Shown: positions 47,062-57,939 of the stretch, piece by piece | Position numbering within the stretch: the stretch's first letter is position 1 | Layout of the letters: the number at the start of each line of letters is the position of its first letter | Virus record (IMG/VR): IMGVR_UViG_3300036770_003984 | Span: 64,542 to 128,541 of that record | Strand: one strand, 5' to 3' | DNA length: 64,000 nt | DNA from: a virus | Position numbers and translations under genes: made by a program | The notes under the pieces: model-generated | What the model saw: the letters and a program-made list of their open reading frames with translations, nothing else | Database searches by the model: none | What the model was told of the DNA's origin: nothing

Positions 47062-47664
47062 TTATTTTTTGTTATACAACTTGTCAGTTAACCCATCCAA
47101 AATATATTCATCAATAACTTCCCACATTTCAGTATAATAATCATCATCAGATATGTAATCAGGTTCAAATTCCCATTCATCACCCCTACCAGAAGAATAT
47201 TGAGATAGTGTTCCAGTTAATTCAAAAAATCTACCATCATCCAATGATTTCGTTAATGTGACATCATACTCATCACCATCCTTTTCATATTCAACTTTAG
47301 CGGAAAAATCTTTTTCAAATTTGAATTGAGCATTATTATATCGCCAAGGTAGTTGTTCTCTTATCTTTGAAAGATAATCATCATAAAAATAAGTTTTTTC
47401 ACCTTCCATTAAGACATAAATTGTTCCACGCTTAATCTCAACATCTTTATACAACCCTTCCAATACCTCATCACAAATTTTCTTAACCTCATTTTTGAAT
47501 ACATCATCAAATGATGAACCCAATTTTTTGATAACAATGTCCTCACCAAAATTTTCAAATACGTGTTTCAATCCAAATTCTTGAATTAATTCTTTCATCT
47601 TTTCTTTAGAAGACTTATCCTCCAATATTAATCTATACTGACGTTCAGTTATTATTATTTTCAT
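47062..47664 (-). CDS. leader-tagged acidic protein
   Basis: MKIIITERQYRLILE. Confidence 0.8.
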   Translation of the reverse strand: MKIIITERQYRLILEDKSSKEKMKELIQEFGLKHVFENFGEDIVIKKLGSSFDDVFKNEVKKICDEVLEGLYKDVEIKRGTIYVLMEGEKTYFYDDYLSKIREQLPWRYNNAQFKFEKDFSAKVEYEKDGDEYDVTLTKSLDDGRFFELTGTLSQYSSGRGDEWEFEPDYISDDDYYTEMWEVIDEYILDGLTDKLYNKK

Positions 47665-48158
47665 ACTTTTGAAAAATATACATTACCCCTAGGTTTATTC
47701 ATAAACGAATTTATATTTAATTCACATCTATATTCTCTTTTTATATCTAAGTCATCATTTTCAAACACGTAGTTTGTTGCAAATATTTCTGGGATTTGTT
47801 TGTAATATTCGTCTAACTCAGCTTTTAGTTGTTTTGTCTCATTAGTCCTATTATCTTTACTATTGCTAAGACTTAAAAGAAAAAAAGTAGAATAATTGTC
47901 ATCCTCCTTCCACACATCTAACCAATGTTTTTTAATTTGTGTTTCAGGTGTAAGTGTTCCGTTATCTAAATAAAACTCATTAACTTTATCCAAATCAACA
48001 ATCAAATCGATATATATAACCGAAGCATATTCATTAGCCATTTCTCCTAGTTCCCACCCAATAATAAAATCATAATCTGAGGCCAATGCCTTAACAGCCA
48101 TATTAATACCCTTAATCTGCTTATTACTAAATTTTTCGTTAATTCTATATGATTTCAT
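47661..48158 (-). CDS. hypothetical protein
   Basis: 165 aa, ATGA overlap. Confidence 0.7.
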   Translation of the reverse strand: MKSYRINEKFSNKQIKGINMAVKALASDYDFIIGWELGEMANEYASVIYIDLIVDLDKVNEFYLDNGTLTPETQIKKHWLDVWKEDDNYSTFFLLSLSNSKDNRTNETKQLKAELDEYYKQIPEIFATNYVFENDDLDIKREYRCELNINSFMNKPRGNVYFSKV

Positions 48159-48218
48159 TTTTTTTTATTTATGTAAATAAATATCCCCACTCCTAATATA
48201 AGAAATGGGGATATTAAA

Positions 48219-48854
48219 TTAAACGTTTTTCTTAATCCGTTTTGCCAATTCAGAAATTAATTCATCCTTGGTCTTTATCTTGGTAACAATTGGTGAGTTC
48301 TTCCCATGTATTTTTTGATACATCTCCCAATCCCAAATTGATTTGTTTTCTTTCATAGTATTTTGATTTGTTAATTCATATAATCGACCCAATTTCTTAA
48401 TCATCTTTGTTGCGGTATGTTTCATAAATCTTGATTCATCAATATAAAATCTTTCATAATCATTTTTATATTTTTGAATCTTATCCGTATATGTAGAAAT
48501 ATAATTATCTTTATCGTCATTTACCATATGTTGAAACATAGGATTGTCTCTTCCTCTAGGATAAATAAAATTAATCATTTGTTCTTGTTTCCAATTCACA
48601 AGGTTAATATAAAATAATTCAAGGATACTATCAATAGCCTCATCTTCACTACCAACATCCATACCAACCATATCCAAAATCTCATAAACTTGAATCATAT
48701 ATTTTTTTAATGATTCTTTTAAATTTTCCAATGAAAATTCTTTGGCCTCTTTTAATGTTTTAAAAATCTCATTACCAACAAAAAAATTATAAAATTCTTT
48801 TGGGGTAATCTTTCCAAGATGAATCTCTGTTGCCAATTGTGTTGGTCTAACCAA
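48219..48854 (-). CDS. hypothetical protein
   Basis: 211 aa; start uncertain. Confidence 0.6.
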   Translation of the reverse strand: MVRPTQLATEIHLGKITPKEFYNFFVGNEIFKTLKEAKEFSLENLKESLKKYMIQVYEILDMVGMDVGSEDEAIDSILELFYINLVNWKQEQMINFIYPRGRDNPMFQHMVNDDKDNYISTYTDKIQKYKNDYERFYIDESRFMKHTATKMIKKLGRLYELTNQNTMKENKSIWDWEMYQKIHGKNSPIVTKIKTKDELISELAKRIKKNV

Positions 48855-48888
48855 ATTCTCAATATGGTGAATATAATATCAAATTAAT

Positions 48889-49116
48889 TTAATCCCAAGA
48901 ATATGGGTCTTCAGAACTTGGGCTTATATAATAAGTACTATTATCACCATTAAATTTCAAAAGTACAGACCCATCCTTATCTATTGTAAAAGTTCCTGAT
49001 TTACCTACGGCACGTCTAGCATCGTCAGGATTGAAATTTGGAATTGCTCCTTCATTAATTACTCTCATAACTAATCTAGTTAAATCACTTTCTGTTAATC
49101 TTATTGTCCTTTTCAT
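48889..49116 (-). CDS. leader-tagged small protein
   Basis: MKRTIRLTESDLTRLVMRVINE. Confidence 0.8.
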   Translation of the reverse strand: MKRTIRLTESDLTRLVMRVINEGAIPNFNPDDARRAVGKSGTFTIDKDGSVLLKFNGDNSTYYISPSSEDPYSWD

Positions 49117-49154
49117 TGTTTTTTTTTAAATTTATTTTATATATAAATATTATA

Positions 49155-49934
49155 TTATTTAAAAATGTATGTACCAATTAATTGCCCATCATTACTTTTA
49201 ATAGAAATTCCAGGTAATTGACCTCCACTCATATCATTAGTTGTTTCACTATATTCATAATTATGTACTCCACCTGAAAAACCTCTTCCACCAACATTAT
49301 TTTTTTTAAGATATTTTAAAAAATCTCTATCTGGATATTTTATAGCAATATCATTAATTTTTTCAATTAGTGGATAAGTTAGATTTTGATATTGTATAGT
49401 ACCTTTTGGATTTGTCATAAAATATTGTTTATCAAAAATAGTTGGTGTACTACCTTGGGTGTTATTATTAACACCTTGTGTTTTTGTCGACAATCCACTA
49501 CTATTTAATTTGGTTTCATTTAACATTAATGAGTTAAATTTACCATTAACCCCAATATAAGCTCCATTCTTACCAATTACAATTCTAACCGAACCCCTAG
49601 TATTAATTGGTTCTTTCCAAAATAATACATAACCCGTATCAACACCTTTGGGTGTTTTTATAAATACATAATCTTGTGTACCTTCACCAATATATTCACC
49701 ATCAGGTATATAAACAACCCCAACATCACTTAAATACCAAGAAGTAATATCTTTATATCCTTGTTTTATTAGTTCATCTTTAAAATTTTGTTCATTAATC
49801 AATGGTCTTACATCACCTAATTGAGATTTCATTAATTGATTGAATCTTTTTGTTTCAATAATTAATGAATTATTATATTGTTCCAATATTCTATTTTTTT
49901 CTGATTGACTTAAATCATTAAATAAATTTTTCAT
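49155..49934 (-). CDS. leader-tagged hypothetical protein
   Basis: MKNLFNDLSQSEKNRILE. Confidence 0.75.
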   Translation of the reverse strand: MKNLFNDLSQSEKNRILEQYNNSLIIETKRFNQLMKSQLGDVRPLINEQNFKDELIKQGYKDITSWYLSDVGVVYIPDGEYIGEGTQDYVFIKTPKGVDTGYVLFWKEPINTRGSVRIVIGKNGAYIGVNGKFNSLMLNETKLNSSGLSTKTQGVNNNTQGSTPTIFDKQYFMTNPKGTIQYQNLTYPLIEKINDIAIKYPDRDFLKYLKKNNVGGRGFSGGVHNYEYSETTNDMSGGQLPGISIKSNDGQLIGTYIFK

Positions 49935-50003
49935 TGTTTTTTTTTTGATTATTTTATTTATATAATAAATATATCATCAATTTAAAAAGGGGTTGGGGAT
50001 TGA

Positions 50004-51452
50004 TTACGACCGAAGGGAGAGATAATTTTCTTTACCCATGTCACCCAAATTTTTAATAAATCCTTTTTCAGTCTCACCAATGAAATTCAAAAATTTATAG
50101 AAATCATTTTTATTGGTTTTCAAATAGTATATTCCAAATAAATCAATTAAATCGGATTTTTCCATAAATTCATTTTTAATATCCTTTTTAATAAATTTTT
50201 CAACAAAAAACATTTCAGGGATTTTATTATAACCAATTTCATTTAATAATTCCAAATCATAATAAAAACGATATTGTCTTGGATTGGATTTAATCAACAT
50301 CAAAATAAATCTATTAATGTCCAATTCCAATAGGTAATCAAACTTATTTTTATTTTCTCCCTTAATTAATTCGTAATCCCCACTTGAAAATTTTGAAAAA
50401 ATAGCTTGATTTGGATCATTCTTACGAAGTTTAAAAAATGTTTCTAACCTTTCATCCAAAATTTTATTATACCTATTCAACAATTTACCATCTTGTTTTA
50501 TTAATTCAACTTGATTATTTGTTAATGAAACCCCAAGATTCATATACTTATTCTTCAAATCCGATGGTAAACTCTGAAATTGTTTATCCGTTAATGTATT
50601 AATTAATGTTACATAAACATCAATATAATATTCCTTGTCCTTATAACTTAATTTGGAAAACTCCTCATCATTTAATCCATCCTTAAATCTTTCATATTTT
50701 CCCTTCTCATCATCACCCAATGGAACATTCTTAAAGTAATCCTGTAATCCATTTAATTCTGGGGCAATTCCCAATATTTGTTCCCAACTCATTTTTTTAT
50801 CCCCATCATTCAATGCCGATGTAACAACATATTCACCACCCTTCAAAACTTGTATAACAAAGAAATGCCACTTATCCCTAAAATCGCCTTCAAACTTTTT
50901 TCCAGATGTATTCCAATAATTAAATTCATTATCAGTTGCACCCTTCCTCTTAACAAAATAAAATGATGGTTCAGTTTCACCCATCCTATATCTCATATAC
51001 ATATTTGAAGCATCACTCCTAGATACACACCAACTATATGGTTTATTACCCTTATACTCAACACAGGATTGTCTATTTGGTGCATAATATATCTCAACCT
51101 TTTCATTCTCAAATATTGGTTTCCCATCAACCTTTATATCCTCAAAATTTGCTGAACCAAAATTCCTCTGTCCAGCCATATAATCAACAACCAATTCCAA
51201 TTCCTTGAATGTCTTATATTGGTCAATGTCATATCTTTTCATCCCCTTCTCAATATTCAATCCATCCAAGTCAGCATTCTCCAACTCCTTATACTTCTTA
51301 TCCTTAATCTCCCTAAAATCATTCAAGTACTTATCAACAATCCCCTCATCATTCCCCTGTTGAATAAATTTATTTTTTTGTGTCTTGAAATCTTCATTAA
51401 TTACCCCATTAATTAATTTCCTCAATTGAGATTCCGTTATTATAATTTTCAT
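50004..51452 (-). CDS. leader-tagged hypothetical protein
   Basis: MKIIITESQLRKLINGVINE; SCVEY...WCVSR motif. Confidence 0.8.
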   Translation of the reverse strand: MKIIITESQLRKLINGVINEDFKTQKNKFIQQGNDEGIVDKYLNDFREIKDKKYKELENADLDGLNIEKGMKRYDIDQYKTFKELELVVDYMAGQRNFGSANFEDIKVDGKPIFENEKVEIYYAPNRQSCVEYKGNKPYSWCVSRSDASNMYMRYRMGETEPSFYFVKRKGATDNEFNYWNTSGKKFEGDFRDKWHFFVIQVLKGGEYVVTSALNDGDKKMSWEQILGIAPELNGLQDYFKNVPLGDDEKGKYERFKDGLNDEEFSKLSYKDKEYYIDVYVTLINTLTDKQFQSLPSDLKNKYMNLGVSLTNNQVELIKQDGKLLNRYNKILDERLETFFKLRKNDPNQAIFSKFSSGDYELIKGENKNKFDYLLELDINRFILMLIKSNPRQYRFYYDLELLNEIGYNKIPEMFFVEKFIKKDIKNEFMEKSDLIDLFGIYYLKTNKNDFYKFLNFIGETEKGFIKNLGDMGKENYLSLRS

Positions 51453-51558
51453 AATTTAATTTTAATATAAATATATCAATTTAAAAAGGGGCTGGGGATT
51501 TGAAACGAGTGTAACGAGAAAAAAAATATCCCCACTATAAAAATGAGGACAATTAATA

Positions 51559-52071
51559 TTAATCAATTGACTTCAAATAAGCCATACATTCTTTTAACCC
51601 AATAATATTAACACCAATATTCTCATAGTCCTCACAAGTCTTTTCATAAAACCCCTTAGTACCCTTAGGCAATCTATTGTGTTCACTCTCAGTTAATGTT
51701 ATTGTTGTACCATATTTTTTTAATATCTCAATAAACTCCTCAATAGTCATATTAGGATTTTTCTCCAACTTCGAAAATATAACCCTACTTGAAAGAGTTC
51801 TATTATATACATGCTCCTCAACATTCTTCTCCAACTTTTTTAATGCCTCATCAGATATTAAACCCACCTTGAAAAAACTACAACTCGTTATATCATATAT
51901 AACACTCCTATTCAAACCACAAAATGTTTTACACTGTGACTTATTACTCTTATACTCAATATACAATGGTAAAAGACACTTAAACATCTTTAATACCATA
52001 TCAATTTTCATAAATTGAATGTCAGTTAATTTCTTCTCCTTTGGTTCTTTTACCTTTTTTGTCGTTGCCAT
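51559..52071 (-). CDS. hypothetical protein
   Basis: 170 aa ORF. Confidence 0.7.
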   Translation of the reverse strand: MATTKKVKEPKEKKLTDIQFMKIDMVLKMFKCLLPLYIEYKSNKSQCKTFCGLNRSVIYDITSCSFFKVGLISDEALKKLEKNVEEHVYNRTLSSRVIFSKLEKNPNMTIEEFIEILKKYGTTITLTESEHNRLPKGTKGFYEKTCEDYENIGVNIIGLKECMAYLKSID

Positions 52072-52255
52072 AATTGTATATTTTTAATTGGTAATTTAAT
52101 TCTGTAAAGTTAATACATTATCCCAATTTCTCAAATTTTTTCCAAAATTTTTTTTTTACATTTTCACTTATATATGGGGGTACTTACTTTTTTCCCATAA
52201 ATAAAAAACCCCTCTTTTGGGGGAGGGGAATAAATTATTTTTTATATAATATTTG

Positions 52256-52633
52256 TTATGTCACTTGACAATATTTTGATTTTATTATTGCCTCAACTTT
52301 TTCGTTGAATCTCATATCAATAGATCCTATCCTTTTATTTGTTTTTCCTGTCAAAACCACTAAACCTGTTTTACAGTCAAAAAAGGAAAACCCACTCCAA
52401 GGTTCATTGGACTTATCCAATAGTGATTCTGCTACAACATCAAATTTTATTTTGAGAGTATTTTGTTCTTCAATTGTTTCCAAATATTTTAAAACTATTT
52501 GGTTAGCAAATTCCGTATCATGTCTATCTTTGTCATAAAGATATGTAGTATATGTCTCATCATTTGATTCATTTATTATCCTTTTAACTAATCTAGTTAA
52601 ATCACTTTCTGTTAATCTTACTATTCTTCTCAT
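52256..52633 (-). CDS. leader-tagged hypothetical protein
   Basis: MRRIVRLTESDLTRLVKRIINE. Confidence 0.8.
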   Translation of the reverse strand: MRRIVRLTESDLTRLVKRIINESNDETYTTYLYDKDRHDTEFANQIVLKYLETIEEQNTLKIKFDVVAESLLDKSNEPWSGFSFFDCKTGLVVLTGKTNKRIGSIDMRFNEKVEAIIKSKYCQVT

Positions 52634-52939
52634 ATTTTTTTTTGATTAATTTATTTGTATATATAAATATACCTCATATTATGAAATTTTTCCCAAATTT
52701 TTTTTTCATATATGGGTATTTCCCAATTTTCCAAAATTTTTACCAGAAATTTTTTTATACACTTTGTAAAGGGGATTGTCCCCCCTATTTACGACAAATA
52801 CGACATTTTATGGGGAGGGGGGATACCCAGCTCCCACCCATATAAGGAGGCAGGGGGGTTATATGACCATAATATAGGGAGGGGAATGGGGTTTAAACAA
52901 ATAAAATAGATAGTCCCCCCTGTGTCAAATTAAACCCCG

Positions 52940-54163
52940 TGACAATATGACATACCATCCCCCTTCGTATATGTTATGTATTGTGTATATGGGGGACTGA
53001 CATAATGACAAAGGAAGTATGTCGTATGTTGTGGGTAAGATGGGGAGATGAGTACTGACATAATGTCAATGTAGGTATTGGATGTATTACGTATATGCCG
53101 GCATGACAAGATGTCATACCCAACTTGTTCAATTTTCGCACAAGTTGAATCCTACAGAATAATATTTTATTATAGTATTGGGGAACTAAATGGTGTGATG
53201 GATCGTTATAGTATTGTAATGATTATTCACCCACCTATAATACAACTGATATGATATACGCTAACGACAGACTTGAAGGGATGACCAAGTACAAGGTCAA
53301 TAAGATTAAGGATAAGGTTATGGAGTATTGTGTTAATACTCTTGGGTATAGAAAGACATTGGGTATCAGTGGTATTACCCTTTCGTATATTGAGTGTGAT
53401 GAATATTGGGGAATTTATGACCCTGAATCCCACCACATCTATGTGTATATGAATAACCTTAAGACAGTTAGTGACTTGACTAGAACTATTATCCACGAGT
53501 ATACCCACTCTGTCCAGGATATTAGTAAATTATATAGTAAGTTGTATAAGAAGTTTGGGTATGATAATCACCCAATGGAGATTGAGGCTTATGCCAATGA
53601 GAAAGTTTACAATAGGAAGGTATTGAACTATATTCGTAGGGAACTAAAATAGATTATTATGTTGTATATTATTGCTTGGATGGTTGTTATTGTTGGAGGG
53701 GTTGCATTATTCCTCTACATTGGGGAACTTATTAGTAACAAGTATCCCCAATCTTCATTTGCTAAGACCTGGAGACACTATGTATCAGACACGGATCCTG
53801 ATGAGATGTAGTGTTTCAGTTTAGTAAGTGAGTCTTCTCGTATTTCGAATTGAAGATTAAAGAAGTCCCCCTCTGTGAGTGGGGATTTTTTGTTTATGTC
53901 AGTTATGATGTCAGTCATATTGCAATAAGATAGTACATAGAATGTATGGGGTTGTAGTTTGGATGTGTATGTTGAGTATATACAAGTCCCACTTATATCA
54001 TCCTGACAATATGTCACCACATATTTTTCGTTTACTTTAGATATTATGGTGGGGATGTTGGTTAAAAACTGGTTCATAATTTAGTATATTTGGGTCTGAC
54101 ACTATGTCAGTCGTTAATTTTTATGTTAAAATTGTTAAAAAATTTGGAAATGTCATTGTGTCA
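52940..54163. repeat. cluster of TGACA-N3-TG(T/A)CA palindromes
   Basis: 52940-52952, 52998-53010, 53056-53068, 53104-53116, 54004-54016, 54097-54109, 54151-54163 (reverse variant). Confidence 0.8.
53251..53652 (+). CDS. HExxH metallopeptidase-like protein
   Basis: RTIIHEYTHSVQ...HPMEIEA. Confidence 0.75.
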   Translation: MIYANDRLEGMTKYKVNKIKDKVMEYCVNTLGYRKTLGISGITLSYIECDEYWGIYDPESHHIYVYMNNLKTVSDLTRTIIHEYTHSVQDISKLYSKLYKKFGYDNHPMEIEAYANEKVYNRKVLNYIRRELK

Positions 54164-54872
54164 GGTGGAGGGGACAATCCCCAGCTATACGTTGAACAAG
54201 TAATGTTTCCCACTTCTTCCCACAATTATCCACCAATAAATAGTGTTAATGATAGTTAAAACGTAATTTATTGTCGTTTTTGACATCATTAGGGTCGATT
54301 ATTTTACTATACCCATTTCTCAGTAAAAAAAGTTATTGATTATTGGGGAGTGGGTGGGACACATAGTGTCTTAGGAATAGGACTAATATAGTGAATAATA
54401 TGAATACTTCAACCCCATCTTTGATGGATATGATAATGTTTAAATGATTATACAAATGCGTACTATATTGTTCATATAATTGTGCATTATGAAATCCATT
54501 AATAATAACCCTTGTAATAATTTACCATAAAATATCATTGAAAGAGACGATAGTCTAATATATCGTTGATATTGGTGATAAATTACGATTGTGGAGGATT
54601 TAAATACACTTACCATATATGGAGTCGGAGACAATGTAGAAAGTGTTGTGATGGGGGAATGAGAGGGTTATGTGATGGATTACCATTATATATTAATAAA
54701 AAAGGAATGTGTAAAATTTACACATTGCAATATAATGGGGGATTGGATTATGAACGACTCATAGTGGAACGATAGTGTAGCGGTTTCCCAGAAACGGAGT
54801 GGAGGGGAAAATGAGAGGGGAGTGAGTAATTTAATTCCCCATTATTGTATTTATGTATAAAATAATAATTGA

Positions 54873-55532
54873 ATGAGAGTAATAATAAGTGAGGAACAAT
54901 ATAGATACATTCTTGAGAATGAGGAGGAGTTAACCAATAAACCAATTGATAAAAATCTATTGGAAATATCTGTGGATGAGTTTTTACCAATTTGGAGTAT
55001 TTTTATAAAAACATATAAGAAGAAGGGATATGATGGGTTAAAATTATATGGTGATTTGGATTTAAGTAAATTAGATGTTGAAGATATTGAAAAGATATTA
55101 AATGAGGTCGTTATAGTTACAGGTAATTTGGATTTACGATATACAGATATAACAACATTAGGTAAATTAGAATCTGTTGGGGGTAATTTGAACTTGATTT
55201 TGAATGATATTAAATCACTGGGTAATTTAAAATATGTTGGGGGTTATTTATCTTTGAAGGAAACATCAATAACATCTTTGGGTAATTTAGAAAAAGTTGG
55301 AACCGCTTTATATTTGGAGGGTACACCAATAACATCTTTGGGTGAATTGAAATCGGTTGGGGATGATTTGGATTTAGATTTTAGTAAAATTAAAAGTTTG
55401 GGAAATCTTAAATCAGTTGGAGAAGATTTGTATTTAAGGCGTACTCCACTTGGAAAAAAATTAAAAGAAAGTGGAATGAGTGAAGATGAAATTAAAAATA
55501 AATTTGGTGTTAAAGGTAATTTATATCTATGA
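54873..55532 (+). CDS. leader-tagged protein with 22-aa leucine-rich repeats
   Basis: Repeats of I.SLGNL..VGG.L.L. Confidence 0.85.
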   Translation: MRVIISEEQYRYILENEEELTNKPIDKNLLEISVDEFLPIWSIFIKTYKKKGYDGLKLYGDLDLSKLDVEDIEKILNEVVIVTGNLDLRYTDITTLGKLESVGGNLNLILNDIKSLGNLKYVGGYLSLKETSITSLGNLEKVGTALYLEGTPITSLGELKSVGDDLDLDFSKIKSLGNLKSVGEDLYLRRTPLGKKLKESGMSEDEIKNKFGVKGNLYL

Positions 55533-56053
55533 GAGTAATAATAAGTGAGAGTCAGTATAGACAAATTATTGAATCTGAGAATAAGATTAGTGATAGGAAG
55601 TTAAAGATATATAAAGACACCATTGATGAAATTGGACTTGAGTTGGCTGGACATGCGTTAAGTAAAGGATTATGGGAATTTATTGAGATGGGTTTGGTTA
55701 AACATTATAATGAGTATTTGGATTTAGATGGGACACCGATTAAGACATTGGGTAATTTAAAATCAGTTGATGGTAGTGTGGATTTACGTAATACATCAAT
55801 TGAAGATTTGGGTAATTTAACCTCAATTGAGAATGATTTATTCTTAATGTTCATACCTACTATTAAATCATTAGGAAATTTGAAATCAGTTGGTGGTGAT
55901 TTGTATTTAAATAATTGTGAAAATTTAACATCATTGGGTAATTTGAATAAAGTTGGTGGTAATTTGTATTTAAGAAATACCCCAATATCAAAAACAATGT
56001 CAAAATATGATATAAAGAGAAAAATAAAAGTTAGGGGTGAAATTTTAATATGA
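55529..56053 (+). CDS. leader-tagged protein with leucine-rich repeats
   Basis: MRVIISESQYRQIIES; SLGNLKSVGGDLYL repeats. Confidence 0.85.
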   Translation: MRVIISESQYRQIIESENKISDRKLKIYKDTIDEIGLELAGHALSKGLWEFIEMGLVKHYNEYLDLDGTPIKTLGNLKSVDGSVDLRNTSIEDLGNLTSIENDLFLMFIPTIKSLGNLKSVGGDLYLNNCENLTSLGNLNKVGGNLYLRNTPISKTMSKYDIKRKIKVRGEILI

Positions 56054-56637
56054 GAATAATAATAAGTGAGAGTCAGTATAGACAGATTATTGAGAATGAG
56101 GAAAACTCATTTGATTATAACTTATATCCATTGGATTTGAATGATATTGTTGGGGATGATATTGAAGAGATATTAGTTAAGGGGTATAGACGTTTTAATA
56201 AATTTCGTACATCTTTTGATGGTATAATGATAATAGGTTATTTTGATTTATCATATGTTTATAATGATGATGTGAAGGAAATATTAAAAGAATTAGTTAT
56301 GGTTGTTGGTAATTTTGAGATTTTTAATAGACGTGTTGATTTACCAAAATTAAAAATGGTAAAAGGTAGTTTAATATTAGAAAATACTAAAATGAAATCT
56401 TTACCTGAATTAGAATATGTTGATGGGTCTTTAAAACTTCATAGTTCTAGTATTGAATCATTACCTAAATTAAAAAAAGTTGGTGTGGAATTGGATTTAA
56501 GGAATACTAAAATAGCTGAATTACCTAGTTTGGAATTTGTTGGTGGTGATTTACATACTGGTGAATCCCCACTCGCTAAATTAAATTTTAGGGATTTTAG
56601 AAGTAAGATAAAAATTTTAGGAGGAATAAGTAAATAA
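56050..56637 (+). CDS. leader-tagged protein with leucine-rich repeats
   Basis: MRIIISESQYRQIIE; SLPKL..VG..L.L repeats. Confidence 0.85.
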   Translation: MRIIISESQYRQIIENEENSFDYNLYPLDLNDIVGDDIEEILVKGYRRFNKFRTSFDGIMIIGYFDLSYVYNDDVKEILKELVMVVGNFEIFNRRVDLPKLKMVKGSLILENTKMKSLPELEYVDGSLKLHSSSIESLPKLKKVGVELDLRNTKIAELPSLEFVGGDLHTGESPLAKLNFRDFRSKIKILGGISK

Positions 56638-56638
56638 T

Positions 56639-57244
56639 ATGAAAATAATAATTAATGAAGAACAATTAAGACAGATTATTGAATCTAGGTATTTGAGGAG
56701 TACACCCAAATTAAGGGAATCGATTAACAAGTATTTGGATGATTATGTGTCGAGTGGTAATAGAAAGATTGGGAAGAAATCTCGTAACTATGGTAATCTT
56801 CGTGAGGATTGGTGTGTTGATGGGGTTAAAGTTATAACTATGATATATTATTTTGTGGATGGTAAATTTGAGAATGGGACTTTGCTTATATCTAAAGATG
56901 TTCTTAAAACAATACAACAAATGTTTAGTGTAAGAGAGTCATTTGCATTAAATACAATTGAGGAGTGGTATGAAGATACAATGATACCCAAGTTTGAGGA
57001 AATTGTTGGTGAGTCAGGGTTTTATATTACTGAGATTGATAAAGTTAGTAGTAACCCTTGTGTTCCTGAACCTGTTAAACCTGAAGGTATTACAGATGAG
57101 GAGATGATTGACTTCATTGATAAAAACACGGGATATAATAGACAAAAGATTATAGATAAGATTGAATCTGGTGAGAGAGAATTGGAGGATTTTTATTTGG
57201 ATATTGTTGATACTGTTAATATGAAAAAAATATATGGAATATGA
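56639..57244 (+). CDS. leader-tagged hypothetical protein
   Basis: MKIIINEEQLRQIIES. Confidence 0.8.
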   Translation: MKIIINEEQLRQIIESRYLRSTPKLRESINKYLDDYVSSGNRKIGKKSRNYGNLREDWCVDGVKVITMIYYFVDGKFENGTLLISKDVLKTIQQMFSVRESFALNTIEEWYEDTMIPKFEEIVGESGFYITEIDKVSSNPCVPEPVKPEGITDEEMIDFIDKNTGYNRQKIIDKIESGERELEDFYLDIVDTVNMKKIYGI

Positions 57245-57939
57245 AAATAATAATAAATGAAAGACAGTTAAGACAGATTATTGAATCTGAGGATAAGGTT
57301 AAAAAAAATTTAAGGGCTTATAAAATTGCCATTGATGAATATGGAATTTATGATGCAGCTAGAATATTAAGTAAAACAATTATTGAGTTATATGAACTTG
57401 GTCTTTTTGATATTCCCACAGCAATTAAACAATTGGGTTTACATGAAACATCAGAGTTTTTAGATATACCTACGCTTGAATTACTTAAAAAGATTGACTA
57501 CGATATTAGTGAAATAAAACCATTTGACTTGTTTCCAGTATTGTTTGAAATGGATAAGTATTATAAGGGTGGTGAAATTGATGTTAATTGGGACGATGAA
57601 AATAGTTATTTTGTTACTTGGTCATCAGATTTTAAAATAGGTGAATATTTAATCGGTTGTGCAACAATGGCTCTTCCTGAATTTGAGGGTAAAGATAAGG
57701 GTAAAGTGTATGTTGAGAATTCTCATTGTTGGGTTGATAATAATTTAACAACATCTGATTTTAATAATGTTTTTGATTATGATGTTAAAACAATTGATTT
57801 TGATATTCCCACCGAATTTGAGAGTTGGGATGTTATGGTTGAATGGTATAAGACTGAATATAAGCCAAATGTTTATAAGATAATGAAAGAACAAGCGTTT
57901 GAGATAATTAAACAATTGAAAAGAAAAGGCGAAATATAA
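57241..57939 (+). CDS. leader-tagged hypothetical protein
   Basis: MKIIINERQLRQIIESEDK; paralog of 58439. Confidence 0.8.
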   Translation: MKIIINERQLRQIIESEDKVKKNLRAYKIAIDEYGIYDAARILSKTIIELYELGLFDIPTAIKQLGLHETSEFLDIPTLELLKKIDYDISEIKPFDLFPVLFEMDKYYKGGEIDVNWDDENSYFVTWSSDFKIGEYLIGCATMALPEFEGKDKGKVYVENSHCWVDNNLTTSDFNNVFDYDVKTIDFDIPTEFESWDVMVEWYKTEYKPNVYKIMKEQAFEIIKQLKRKGEI

